From a virus, in the IMG/VR virus record IMGVR_UViG_3300035670_000025: 64,000 nt of DNA, one strand, 5' to 3'. The position numbers and the translations under genes were made by a program. Of this stretch, positions 9,092 through 19,142 are shown one piece after another. Numbering within the stretch: position 1 is the first letter of the stretch; each line of letters starts with the position of its first letter. The notes below the pieces were generated by a model. The model worked only from the letters and a program-made list of their open reading frames with translations, was not told the DNA's origin and ran no database searches.

Positions 9092-10713
9092 TGGAACTTA
9101 AAGGTTATCGTGGATCATCCACACTAAAAAAATCAAATGTACAAATAGATTGGACTCCTGAAAAAGTCCAAGAAATGGTTAAGTGTTCACAAGACCCAAT
9201 CTACTTTGCTGAAAATCATATGAAAATTGTGAATGTTGACCAAGGACTAATCACTATTCCTTTATATGATTATCAAAAAGATATCATCACAACAGTTCTT
9301 AATGAAAGGTTTACAGTAGCAGAATGCAGTAGACAGTCAGGGAAAACAACTTCTATTACTGTATTCGTTCTTTGGTATATTATTTTTAATCCAAATAAAA
9401 CTGTAGCAATTCTTGCTAATAAAGCAGAAACTGCAAGAGAAATTCTATCAAGGATACAGTTAGCATACGAACATTTGCCAAAATGGTTACAACAAGGTGT
9501 TATAGAATGGAATAAAGGTTCGTTTGAATTAGAAAACGGATCAAGAGTTATTGCAGCAGCAACCTCTTCAAATAACATTCGTGGTTATTCAATTAATTTA
9601 TTAATCATTGATGAGGCAGCATTTATTGATAATTGGGACGAGTTTTTTACTTCAGTATTTCCAACTATATCATCAGGTGCATCTACAAAACTTGTTCTTG
9701 TATCAACAGTAAACGGATTAAATCATTTTTATAAGATAACATCTTTGGCAAGACAAAATAAAAACAATTACAAATTGATTTCTGTTCCGTGGCAAAATGT
9801 TCCTAACAGAGATGAAAAATGGAAAGAAGAAATTCTTGCAGGAATGAATTTTGACTATGATAGATTTGCACAAGAATATGAAAATCAATATCTTGGTTCA
9901 TCAGGAACTCTTATTGCTGGTTGGAAATTACAAGAATTAGTTCCTCAAACACCAATAGCAGAACATGCTGGTATTAGTCAATATGAAAAACCAAAGAAAA
10001 ACAGGACATATGTTGGTGTTGCTGATGTTTCTCGTGGAAAAGGATTAGATTATTCTGCATTGCAAGTATTTGATGTGACAGAAATGCCATATCAACAAGT
10101 TTTATCGTTCAGAGATAATATGACAACTCCTGGAGATTTTGCAGAAATATTAAACAGAATCGGAAGACAATATAACAATTGTTCTATGTTAATTGAAGTA
10201 AATGATATAGGACAACAAGTAGCAGAATCGTTATATTTTGATTATGAATATGAATCAATGATGTTTACTGAGTCTGCTGGAAAGCAAGGAAAACGAATTA
10301 CTCTGAACTACAAATCTTCAGGAACTGATAGAGGAATAAGAACTACAAAATCTGTAAAAGCAATTGGATGTTCTATGTTAAAATTATTAGTAGAACAAAA
10401 TCAATTACTTATTAATGATTATGAAACAATTCACGAGTTATCTACATTTTCTAAAAAAGGTGCTTCATATGAAGCAGAATCAGGATGCCATGATGATTTG
10501 GTTATGTGTTTAGTTTTGTTTGGATGGTTAACAGAACAGAAATTCTTCAAAGACTTAACTGATATAAACACATTAATGAAATTGAAAGAAAAGAGTTTAG
10601 AAGAATTAAACGATGATATGTTACCGTTTGGATTTATTGATGATGGAGTAGAACCTGTCTCTGATGAAATGTCTTATAGAGATGATTATTGGATTGTTGT
10701 GGATCAAAATTGA
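9091..10713 (+). CDS. gp17: terminase large subunit gp17
   Basis: SRQSGKTT Walker A, LIIDEAAF Walker B, DVSRG, HDDLVM. Confidence 0.97.
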   Translation: MELKGYRGSSTLKKSNVQIDWTPEKVQEMVKCSQDPIYFAENHMKIVNVDQGLITIPLYDYQKDIITTVLNERFTVAECSRQSGKTTSITVFVLWYIIFNPNKTVAILANKAETAREILSRIQLAYEHLPKWLQQGVIEWNKGSFELENGSRVIAAATSSNNIRGYSINLLIIDEAAFIDNWDEFFTSVFPTISSGASTKLVLVSTVNGLNHFYKITSLARQNKNNYKLISVPWQNVPNRDEKWKEEILAGMNFDYDRFAQEYENQYLGSSGTLIAGWKLQELVPQTPIAEHAGISQYEKPKKNRTYVGVADVSRGKGLDYSALQVFDVTEMPYQQVLSFRDNMTTPGDFAEILNRIGRQYNNCSMLIEVNDIGQQVAESLYFDYEYESMMFTESAGKQGKRITLNYKSSGTDRGIRTTKSVKAIGCSMLKLLVEQNQLLINDYETIHELSTFSKKGASYEAESGCHDDLVMCLVLFGWLTEQKFFKDLTDINTLMKLKEKSLEELNDDMLPFGFIDDGVEPVSDEMSYRDDYWIVVDQN

Positions 10714-10773
10714 TAAATTGATAAATATCACTAACCACAATAATAATAACAACTCTGAAAAGGAGACAATACA

Positions 10774-13296
10774 ATGCCATTTTTAGTTTCGCCTGGAGTT
10801 AATGTCAGAGAGATTGATTTAACTACCATTGTACCAGCAGTTTCAACAACTGAAGGTGCACTTGGTGGAGTTTTTCGTTGGGGACCAATCGATCAAAGAG
10901 TATTAATCGATTCTGAAACCGAATTAGTAAAAAGATTTGGCAAACCAACAAATCTAAACGCAGAAACTTGGTTTACTGCTGCATCATTCCTTGGTTATGG
11001 AAATCGTCTTTATATTTCACGTGCAGCAAATACTACTGGAGTAACCCCTACTGTTACAGCAAATGTTGAATCCAGCAATGGTATTGTTACACTTGCAACT
11101 GGTAATACTTCCGAACTTTCTGTTGGATTAATTGTCATTTCTTCTGCAAATTCAGGAGTTGCGACTGGAGCAACAATTGCATCAATCATCAATTCTACTG
11201 CATTCTCTATCACAGATACTGATGATGCAATTGCAAATACAACGAACGATGCAATTCAATTTGTATCTAACACAGCATTTTCTGCCGTAGCAAATACTGC
11301 TGCTGTAGCAAATCTAGAATATCAAATAGTTAAAAATGAAGATCACTTCACACAAAAAGATGGAACATTTGATACTGATGTAAAATTTGTTGCTAGATTC
11401 CCAGGAGAATTGGGCAATTCATTAAAGATTTCAGTGTGCGGAAATTCTACTGGTTATTCTTCAACCATTAATCTTTCTTCATATGGCACAAGAACAACAA
11501 TACCAATCACAATCAATTCAAATACTGCCACAGTTCGTCAATCTGCAACATCAAACACCAATGCTTCTGCAAATGCAACCGCATTAAAAGCATTACTAAA
11601 TGTAACAGATCTGATTGAAGTTGGCAATACTTTAATTGGTACACAATTTATGAAAATCACTGCAATTGGTAATACAACAGTTTATGGTAATGCCGCATCA
11701 AATGTTTATGTAAGCACAACTGGAAATTCAACAGTATTAGTAACAAATTCTACAGGTGGTTCAGAAGCAGCAACAAGTAATACTGATGCCCTATATGCGG
11801 GTATGGTTATAACTGCTGGAAACACTTTTGCAGTAGATGCTGTTGTTAACAATGTTATTAACTCAACTGCATTTAATACAACAGTTGCAATTTCTGCAAA
11901 TCTTGTTACAAATGCTACTTTCACAACAGAAGTAACAGTTTCTCCTGCTGCCACATATACAATAAACTTTGAAGATCGTTATGCACTATCTACAGACTAC
12001 ACATTTGTTTCAAACAGCACAACAACAAATGCTGTCACAAGATATTGGGAATTTTATCCATCAGTTGATTCTGCACCAGGACAATCTGATTATGTAATCA
12101 ATTTTGGAAATTCTTCAATCAATTCTGATGAAATGCATGTTGTTGTTTCTGATGAAGGTGGCAAGATTACAGGTGTTCCAGGAACAATCCTTGAAGTTTA
12201 TCGTGCAGTTTCTCGTGCTACCGATGCTAAGACAATCGATGGTGGAGCAAACTACTGGAGAACAGTTATAAACGACCAATCACAATATGTTTATGCAGTA
12301 AATGATATTGCAGGTGCTGCATCAGCAGCAGCAGAAAATCTTGTTAGTTCAACACTAGACAATGTTACATTCCAAATGTCTCTTGGAAGAGATGGTAAGG
12401 ACGAATCAAACATTGAACAATCAATTCTTCTTTCTGCATATGATAAGTTTGCTTCTGCCGAAGACATTGATATTTCATTAATTCTTCAAGGCAAGGCAAG
12501 ATCATTTACTCTTGCAAATTATCTAATTGATAATATCGCAGAAAAGAGAAAAGATTGCATTGTTTTAATTTCACCACAAAAAGGTGATGTTGTTAATAAC
12601 ATTGGTAATGAAGCAGAAGCAGTTGTTAATTTCAGAAATAACATTCGTTCAACTTCATATGCTGTAATGGATTCTGGTTATAAGTATATGTATGATCGTT
12701 ATAATGACATTTATCGTTGGATTCCATTAAACGGTGATACTGCTGGTCTTTGTGTTAGAACTGATCAAACCAATGATCCTTGGTGGTCTCCTGCTGGATT
12801 TAATCGTGGTCAAATTAAGAACATTGTTAAACTTGCATATAATCCAAGACAAGCAGACCGTGATACTCTTTATAAAGCAGGAGTTAATCCAGTAGTAACA
12901 TTCCCAGGTCAAGGAACTGTTTTATTTGGTGATAAGACACTTCTTGCTAAACCATCTGCATTTGATCGCATTAATGTTCGTAGACTATTCATTGTCCTTG
13001 AAAAGGCAATTGCAACTGCATCTAAGTTCACACTTTTTGAATTTAACGATGCATTTACTCGTAGTCAGTTTAAGAATCTTGTTGTTCCATATCTTCGTGA
13101 TGTTCAGGGCCGTCGTGGTATCACAGATTTCCTTGTTGTCTGTGACAGCACAAACAACACCGCAGAAGTTATTGATAGAAACGAATTTGTTGGTGATATC
13201 TATATAAAACCTGCTCGCTCGATTAATTTTATCACCCTAAATTTTGTCGCCGTTCGCACAGGGGTAAACTTCTCTGAAGTTGTTGGACAGTTTTAA
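10774..13296 (+). CDS. gp18: tail sheath protein gp18 with a large N/S/T-rich insertion
   Basis: SPGVNVREIDLT, WWSPAGFNRG, FDRINVRRLF, IKPARSINFI. Confidence 0.97.
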   Translation: MPFLVSPGVNVREIDLTTIVPAVSTTEGALGGVFRWGPIDQRVLIDSETELVKRFGKPTNLNAETWFTAASFLGYGNRLYISRAANTTGVTPTVTANVESSNGIVTLATGNTSELSVGLIVISSANSGVATGATIASIINSTAFSITDTDDAIANTTNDAIQFVSNTAFSAVANTAAVANLEYQIVKNEDHFTQKDGTFDTDVKFVARFPGELGNSLKISVCGNSTGYSSTINLSSYGTRTTIPITINSNTATVRQSATSNTNASANATALKALLNVTDLIEVGNTLIGTQFMKITAIGNTTVYGNAASNVYVSTTGNSTVLVTNSTGGSEAATSNTDALYAGMVITAGNTFAVDAVVNNVINSTAFNTTVAISANLVTNATFTTEVTVSPAATYTINFEDRYALSTDYTFVSNSTTTNAVTRYWEFYPSVDSAPGQSDYVINFGNSSINSDEMHVVVSDEGGKITGVPGTILEVYRAVSRATDAKTIDGGANYWRTVINDQSQYVYAVNDIAGAASAAAENLVSSTLDNVTFQMSLGRDGKDESNIEQSILLSAYDKFASAEDIDISLILQGKARSFTLANYLIDNIAEKRKDCIVLISPQKGDVVNNIGNEAEAVVNFRNNIRSTSYAVMDSGYKYMYDRYNDIYRWIPLNGDTAGLCVRTDQTNDPWWSPAGFNRGQIKNIVKLAYNPRQADRDTLYKAGVNPVVTFPGQGTVLFGDKTLLAKPSAFDRINVRRLFIVLEKAIATASKFTLFEFNDAFTRSQFKNLVVPYLRDVQGRRGITDFLVVCDSTNNTAEVIDRNEFVGDIYIKPARSINFITLNFVAVRTGVNFSEVVGQF

Positions 13297-13304
13297 TAAA
13301 TAGA

Positions 13305-13312
13305 TATAAATA
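13305..13312 (+). promoter_or_regulatory. T4 late promoter
   Basis: TATAAATA upstream of gp19. Confidence 0.75.
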
Positions 13313-13340
13313 ACAAGATTATCAAAGGAGTTATTAAAAA

Positions 13341-13964
13341 ATGACATTCAATATAGAACGATTCAAATCGGAAGGTCTTAATCTAGGAGGAGCCAGACCT
13401 TCTCTATTTGAAATAGAAATGTCTACTTTTCCTGGAAGCAATGGAACCACCTCCCCAGAAAGAATTAGATTTTTGGCAAAAGCATCTTCGATTCCACCAT
13501 CAGTGGTGGAATCTATCGACATTCCATACTTTGGAAGAAAAGTAAAAATTATAGGTGATAGAGTATTTCCAAATTGGTCAATTACAGTAATGAACGATGA
13601 AGATTTTCTAGTCAGAAACTCATTTATGAATTGGCACGAACAATTGAATGGAAAAATAACAAACATTATGTCAGGACAAGTTGGTCCTTCACCATTAACT
13701 TATAAAGCAAATATCGTGGTGAAACAATATTCCAAAGGAGGTTTTGAATATGGAATTCAAGAAGAACCCGGAGTAATTTTTAAATGTACTTTAGTTGGTG
13801 CATTTCCAGTAACAGTTGATGCAATTCAATTGGATTGGGATGCAATCAATCAAGTCGAACAATTTGATGTAGAATTTGCATATGATTATTGGATTTCTGG
13901 AGAATTGACTGCGGAAAGAGGAAATGATACGGCAGATATTTCTACTCCTCCTGGAGTAAGATAA
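13341..13964 (+). CDS. gp19: tail tube protein gp19
   Basis: GGARPSLF, YFGRKVKIIGDRVF..WSITVMNDEDF, FAYDYW. Confidence 0.95.
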   Translation: MTFNIERFKSEGLNLGGARPSLFEIEMSTFPGSNGTTSPERIRFLAKASSIPPSVVESIDIPYFGRKVKIIGDRVFPNWSITVMNDEDFLVRNSFMNWHEQLNGKITNIMSGQVGPSPLTYKANIVVKQYSKGGFEYGIQEEPGVIFKCTLVGAFPVTVDAIQLDWDAINQVEQFDVEFAYDYWISGELTAERGNDTADISTPPGVR

Positions 13965-13977
13965 GGACTGATATAAT

Positions 13978-15612
13978 ATGGCAGATAACAATGGATTTAA
14001 TTTCTTTGGGTTCCAAATTAAACGCAAAGAACCCAAGGAAACAATAAAGTCCTTTACTCCAGAAGTAAAGGACGATGGTGCCGTTGTTGTTGCTGCTGGC
14101 GGGACATTTGGCCAATATATAGATTTAGATGGTACTGTTCGTACAGAAGCAGAACTGGTTGCAAAATACAGAGAAATGTCTTTGCAACCAGAAATCGATA
14201 AAGCAGTAAATGAAGTAACAAATGAAGCAATCGTATCAGAAGATGGTAAAAAAACAGTTGAATTAATCCTAGATGATCTCCCAGTACAAGACAATCTAAA
14301 AAAAGTTATTCTTCAAGAATTCGATAATGTTATCGATTTATTAGATTTCAAAAATAATGCATATGATGTTTTTAAAAGATGGTATATTGATGGAAGAAGT
14401 TATTACCATATCATCATTGACGAAGCAAGACCTGCTGAAGGTATAAAAGAATTGAGATATATTGATCCTCGAAAGATTCGTAAAATTCGTGAGGTAACAA
14501 AGAAAAGAGATGGCAAAACAGATGCCGTAATCCAAAATACCAAAAAAGAATATTACATATACAATGAACGAGGATTGAATTATGGTTCAAAAATAATCTC
14601 TCAACTAGGAACAACCGGTGTAAGAGTTAATCCAGATTCTATTATTCAAGTAGTATCTGGATTGATGGATAAAAATAATACAATGGTATTATCATATCTC
14701 CATCCATCTATTAAACCATTGAATCAATTGAGAGCACTAGAAGATTCTTCTCTAATTTACCATTTGTCTCGTGCTCCCGAAAGAAGAATATTTTATATTG
14801 ATGTTGGAAATCTGCCAAAAATTAAAGCAGAACAATATCTTCGTGAAATGATGGTTAAATATAAGAATAAATTATCATATGATGCAAATACAGGTGAAAT
14901 TCGTGATGACCGTAAGTTTATGACTATGCTTGAAGATTATTGGTTGCCACGCAGAGAAGGTGGAAGAGGAACACAAATAGATGTTCTTCAAGGTGGAACA
15001 GCATTACCACAATTGCTTGAATCTGTTCAATATTTTGAAGATAAATTATACAGATCACTGCAAGTTCCAATGTCAAGATTGAAACCTGATACTGTATATA
15101 CATTAGGTCGTGCAACTGAAATTTCTAGGGATGAAGTCAACTTTGCCAAATTTGTTGACAGAGTAAGAAATAAATTTTCTATGCTATTCATTGCTGCATT
15201 AGAAAAACAACTTATACTGAAGAAAATTGCTGCTCCTGAAGATTGGGAACAGATCAAGAAATTTATTAGATTTAGATTCCTAAGAGATAATTATTTTGCC
15301 GAGTTGAAAGAAATGGAAATTATGGCAGAAAGAATGAATCGTCTTAGAGATGTAGATGATTATGCAGGTAAGTATTATTCGCATCTTTGGATTCGCAGAA
15401 ATGTATTAAAGCAATCTGATGAAGAAATTGAAGAAATGAATGAACAAATTGCGGAAGAAATAGAAAATCCGCAATATAATCAAGAACTTATGATGCAACA
15501 GATGCAACAACAAATGGAACAAGGGCAACCTCCTCCAAAACCTGCTGCTAAAAAACCAGCAAAAAAACAAAAATCTGATGAGAAAAGTGAAGATAAAAAG
15601 GGAGATAAATAA
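13978..15612 (+). CDS. gp20: portal protein gp20
   Basis: WYIDGR, RAPERRIFYIDVGNLPK, MLEDYWLPRREGGRGT. Confidence 0.97.
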   Translation: MADNNGFNFFGFQIKRKEPKETIKSFTPEVKDDGAVVVAAGGTFGQYIDLDGTVRTEAELVAKYREMSLQPEIDKAVNEVTNEAIVSEDGKKTVELILDDLPVQDNLKKVILQEFDNVIDLLDFKNNAYDVFKRWYIDGRSYYHIIIDEARPAEGIKELRYIDPRKIRKIREVTKKRDGKTDAVIQNTKKEYYIYNERGLNYGSKIISQLGTTGVRVNPDSIIQVVSGLMDKNNTMVLSYLHPSIKPLNQLRALEDSSLIYHLSRAPERRIFYIDVGNLPKIKAEQYLREMMVKYKNKLSYDANTGEIRDDRKFMTMLEDYWLPRREGGRGTQIDVLQGGTALPQLLESVQYFEDKLYRSLQVPMSRLKPDTVYTLGRATEISRDEVNFAKFVDRVRNKFSMLFIAALEKQLILKKIAAPEDWEQIKKFIRFRFLRDNYFAELKEMEIMAERMNRLRDVDDYAGKYYSHLWIRRNVLKQSDEEIEEMNEQIAEEIENPQYNQELMMQQMQQQMEQGQPPPKPAAKKPAKKQKSDEKSEDKKGDK

Positions 15613-15615
15613 ATT

Positions 15616-15930
15616 ATGGCTGATAAAGAAGATATTATCACACAAACATTAGACAAAGATGTGGTTGGTATGCAAACCACATTTGCAGAATTAATGCTTG
15701 ATAAGATTCGTGATGCTGTTGCTGAAAGAAAAGCACAAGTAGCACAAGAATTTATGGGAGTCAATTCAGATGATGAAGAATCTGAAGATGACGACACAGA
15801 AGAAGAAACAGAAGATTACGAAGAAAGTGAAGAAGAAGAATTTGAGGATGATGATCTTGAAGTAGGAGATGAACTAGATTTCGATTTTGAAGAAGAAGAC
15901 TTAGAAGGAGATTCAGATGAAAACGCTTAA
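15616..15930 (+). CDS. acidic prohead core protein (gp67-like)
   Basis: Directly after portal; very acidic C-terminus. Confidence 0.6.
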   Translation: MADKEDIITQTLDKDVVGMQTTFAELMLDKIRDAVAERKAQVAQEFMGVNSDDEESEDDDTEEETEDYEESEEEEFEDDDLEVGDELDFDFEEEDLEGDSDENA

Positions 15931-16792
15931 AGAAATTCTTCAATTAGAGGTTTATGAACCTAAATCTCCTGATGAAAAGAGATTCAAGGACAAGCATGTT
16001 GTTGTTAAGCATAAAGATGCAAATGGCAACGATGATAATTTATTCAATGCAAAGAATATTAAGACTGTAAATCGTACACCTGAGCATGGATATAATCCTG
16101 GTGAAGATGAAAAGGTTTATGAAGAAACCATTGAAGAAAAATCTAAAATAGAACATCCTTTATTCACTGCTGCTAGAAATCGCACAGTTGCTTTGAATCA
16201 AAAAGAAAAGAAAAAAAATAAAACCCCCAAGAATGAAGAATTTGAAGAATTGGAATATTTTGAAACATTAGATGAAAGAGTAACCCGAAAACTTTCACCA
16301 AAAGAACAAAGTAAGATTGCCAAGGTTATGCGGGAGTTTTCTGCTGGAGAACTTAAAGATAGTCACGGCAAACAGGTAACAGATAAAAAGCAAGCATTAG
16401 CAATTGCTTACAGTCAGATGAATGAATCTTCAGACGAACAATCTTTAATAGCAATAAAAAAAGCATATAAAGATACTTTCAACAAAAGAAGCCCAGGCAT
16501 TGTTGCAAAAAGAAACGAATTGAAAGCAGCAGCAAAAGAAGCAACATCTCCTCCATCAACTACAAAAAGAATGTCAAAAATTCTAAAAGGTATTGATGTA
16601 AATAGAATTAGAGCACCAGAATATCCTAAAGAAATGCTAGGTCCAGCAGACGCAGGACCAGATGAAAGATATGGATCAGGTCCAATGGACCCCACACGGG
16701 CATTAGCAAAAGTTCCTGGTAAAGGGGTTGTAGTTGGAACTTTAGATCCAAATTACAAAAAACCATCAAAATCTACAAAAAGCAAGAAGTAA
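15917..16792 (+). CDS. putative prohead core/internal protein (gp68 position)
   Basis: MKTLKEILQLE N-terminus; several I/L-x-E sites; lies between gp20 and gp21. Confidence 0.55.
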   Translation: MKTLKEILQLEVYEPKSPDEKRFKDKHVVVKHKDANGNDDNLFNAKNIKTVNRTPEHGYNPGEDEKVYEETIEEKSKIEHPLFTAARNRTVALNQKEKKKNKTPKNEEFEELEYFETLDERVTRKLSPKEQSKIAKVMREFSAGELKDSHGKQVTDKKQALAIAYSQMNESSDEQSLIAIKKAYKDTFNKRSPGIVAKRNELKAAAKEATSPPSTTKRMSKILKGIDVNRIRAPEYPKEMLGPADAGPDERYGSGPMDPTRALAKVPGKGVVVGTLDPNYKKPSKSTKSKK

Positions 16793-16795
16793 TCC

Positions 16796-17167
16796 ATGAG
16801 TTATTCAATTGTACATAATAGACAAAATTTATCAGTAACAATTCATGCTACCGGCAATAGTACAATAACTATTGCTGGTAATAGTTCTACTTCAAATGTT
16901 GCCACATCAAACGAAATATTAACAGGTGCTGTTATTAAACAAGTTTGGTGGGGATCTCAACCAAATGAAGGTGCTTGTTGGATTGTGAAAAGAGGATCAA
17001 ATACTGTTGGAGTTTATGATTCTACAGGATGGGCAGATTATGCTGGAAACGGTAAAGCATTACTAAAAGATCAAAGTGCAACTCTTGTCCTTGAACTTAT
17101 AGGTACTTCAAACGGTTATATTATGATTGATCTACAAAAGATCGGCAATTTTATTAGCACATATTAA
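16796..17167 (+). CDS. hypothetical protein, likely virion-associated
   Basis: Head gene cluster; beta-rich, N/S/T-rich sequence. Confidence 0.55.
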   Translation: MSYSIVHNRQNLSVTIHATGNSTITIAGNSSTSNVATSNEILTGAVIKQVWWGSQPNEGACWIVKRGSNTVGVYDSTGWADYAGNGKALLKDQSATLVLELIGTSNGYIMIDLQKIGNFISTY

Positions 17168-17176
17168 GAGGAATTC

Positions 17177-17824
17177 ATGAAACTTATTTTAGAACAAGCA
17201 GATGAAGTATCGTTCATCACAGAAGCATCAGAAAATGGAAAGAAAAATCTTTTCATTGAAGGTTGTTACATGGTCTATGGAAAAGGTAACAAGAACGGAA
17301 GAGTTTATTCTGAAGGAGTGATGAGAAACGAAGTCAATCGTTATCTAAAAGAAGTAGTTTCAGAAAAACGTGCTTATGGTGAATTAAATCATCCATCAGG
17401 ACCACAAATCAATCTTGATAGAGTATCACACCTCATTGAAAATCTTGAAGTTAGATCAAATGGTGTTGTTTGGGGTAGAGCAAAAGTTCTTGATACTCCT
17501 ATGGGAAATATTGCCAGAGGATTGATTGAAGGTGGAGCAAATCTTGGTGTTTCTTCACGTGGACTAGGTTCATTGAAGGCAGGACAAAATGGATTGATGG
17601 AAGTACAAGACGATTTTCGTATTGTAACAGCAGCAGATATTGTTGCAGATCCATCAGCACCAGGAGCATTTGTTCAAGGAATCATGGAGAATGTAGAATA
17701 TTTCTACAATGAACAAACTGGTGAATTTGTAGAAAAGATTAAAGAAAGTGTTAAGAAAATGTCATCAAGACAACTTGAAGAACAGAAAGTAAAGTTGTTT
17801 GAGCAATTCCTAAAATCACTTTAA
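17177..17824 (+). CDS. gp21: prohead protease gp21
   Basis: NKNGRVY, GELNHP, GVSSRGLGS, DIVADPSAPGA. Confidence 0.97.
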   Translation: MKLILEQADEVSFITEASENGKKNLFIEGCYMVYGKGNKNGRVYSEGVMRNEVNRYLKEVVSEKRAYGELNHPSGPQINLDRVSHLIENLEVRSNGVVWGRAKVLDTPMGNIARGLIEGGANLGVSSRGLGSLKAGQNGLMEVQDDFRIVTAADIVADPSAPGAFVQGIMENVEYFYNEQTGEFVEKIKESVKKMSSRQLEEQKVKLFEQFLKSL

Positions 17825-17832
17825 TATAAATA
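17825..17832 (+). promoter_or_regulatory. T4 late promoter
   Basis: TATAAATA upstream of gp22. Confidence 0.75.
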
Positions 17833-17862
17833 GAAATAAACTCACACTTTAAAGAGGAAAAT

Positions 17863-19089
17863 ATGCCAACAACAACTATGAAAGATCGTTTGGGGAAAGA
17901 ATTTCGGGTTACTCCAGGACCATTAGGAATAACTGTTCATGCAGATCATATGAAAGATGGCCCAAAACTGATACCCAAAAAGCATCCATCCCATGATGAA
18001 TTGTTAAAAAAAATTAATGATGGGAGTGCCAAAACTGATGATGTTAAAGGTGCTTTAGTTAGAGTTGAACAAAAAGTAAATGAATCTTACCACAATAAGA
18101 AGAAAGGCAAAAATATGAAGAAGAAACCAGAAGTAATGGAGGAAGCCATGGAAGGTGACAATACTTCTGCTGCTTCTTCTATCGAAGCAAAACCATCAGA
18201 TGCCTCAAAATCAGGCATGATGGCACAAGCAATGACATCAATGGCAGCAATGGATAAGTCACAACTAGAACAAGTCCTTGCTATGATGACTTCTAAACAA
18301 TTTGCTTCCACAATTCCAGATGATGCTGCTGCCAAGAATGCCGCATCAATTGCTATGAAAGGTGCTGTTAAGGAAGATGTTGCAGAACTATTTTCCGGTG
18401 AAGAACTTTCAGAAGAATTCAAAGAAAAGACAGCAGTTCTTTTTGAAGCAGCAGTAAATGCAAAAGTTATCGCAGAAGTTGCTCGTATTGAAGAAGAATA
18501 CGAAGCAAAACTTACTGAAGAAGTAGAACAAGTTACAGAAACACTTACTGAGCAAATTGATTATTATATGTCATATGTTGCTCAAAATTGGGTAGAAGAA
18601 AATAAAGTTGCAATTGATACATCATTGCGCAACGAACTAGCAGAAGATTTCATTATGGGTCTCCGTAATCTATTCGCAGAACATTATGTTCAATTCCCAG
18701 AAGAACAAGTTGATGCAGTTGAAGCACTTGCAGAAAAAGTTGAAGAACTAGAAGCAAGACTTAACGAACAACTTGAAAAGAATATTGAGCTTAATGCAAT
18801 CGTTGAAGAACGTAACAAAGAAAAGGTTTTTGCCGAAGTCTCTGAAGGACTTGCTCTTACACAAGTAGACAAGTTTAAGACTTTGACAGAAGGAGTTGAG
18901 TTTGAAAATAATCCAGACAACTACAAGAAGAAACTTGAAATTGTCAAGGAAAAGTATTTTGGCATTAAGACAGCACCTTCAACTTTAAATGAAGAAGTTG
19001 AAGAAGTTACACAATCTCAAGAAGTAAAATATCTTGAACCACAAATTGCTAATTATGCCAAAGCAATTTCAAGAACTATCAAAAAGTAA
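17863..19089 (+). CDS. gp22: prohead scaffold/core protein gp22 with N-terminal extension
   Basis: LSEEFKEKTAVLFEAAV, YVAQNWVEEN, LFAEHY; coiled coil before gp23. Confidence 0.92.
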   Translation: MPTTTMKDRLGKEFRVTPGPLGITVHADHMKDGPKLIPKKHPSHDELLKKINDGSAKTDDVKGALVRVEQKVNESYHNKKKGKNMKKKPEVMEEAMEGDNTSAASSIEAKPSDASKSGMMAQAMTSMAAMDKSQLEQVLAMMTSKQFASTIPDDAAAKNAASIAMKGAVKEDVAELFSGEELSEEFKEKTAVLFEAAVNAKVIAEVARIEEEYEAKLTEEVEQVTETLTEQIDYYMSYVAQNWVEENKVAIDTSLRNELAEDFIMGLRNLFAEHYVQFPEEQVDAVEALAEKVEELEARLNEQLEKNIELNAIVEERNKEKVFAEVSEGLALTQVDKFKTLTEGVEFENNPDNYKKKLEIVKEKYFGIKTAPSTLNEEVEEVTQSQEVKYLEPQIANYAKAISRTIKK

Positions 19090-19094
19090 TTAAT

Positions 19095-19102
19095 TATAAA
19101 TA
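19095..19102 (+). promoter_or_regulatory. T4 late promoter
   Basis: TATAAATA upstream of gp23. Confidence 0.8.
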
Positions 19103-19142
19103 ATAACAACCCATAAAGAAATTCTAGGGAGTAAACACAAAA

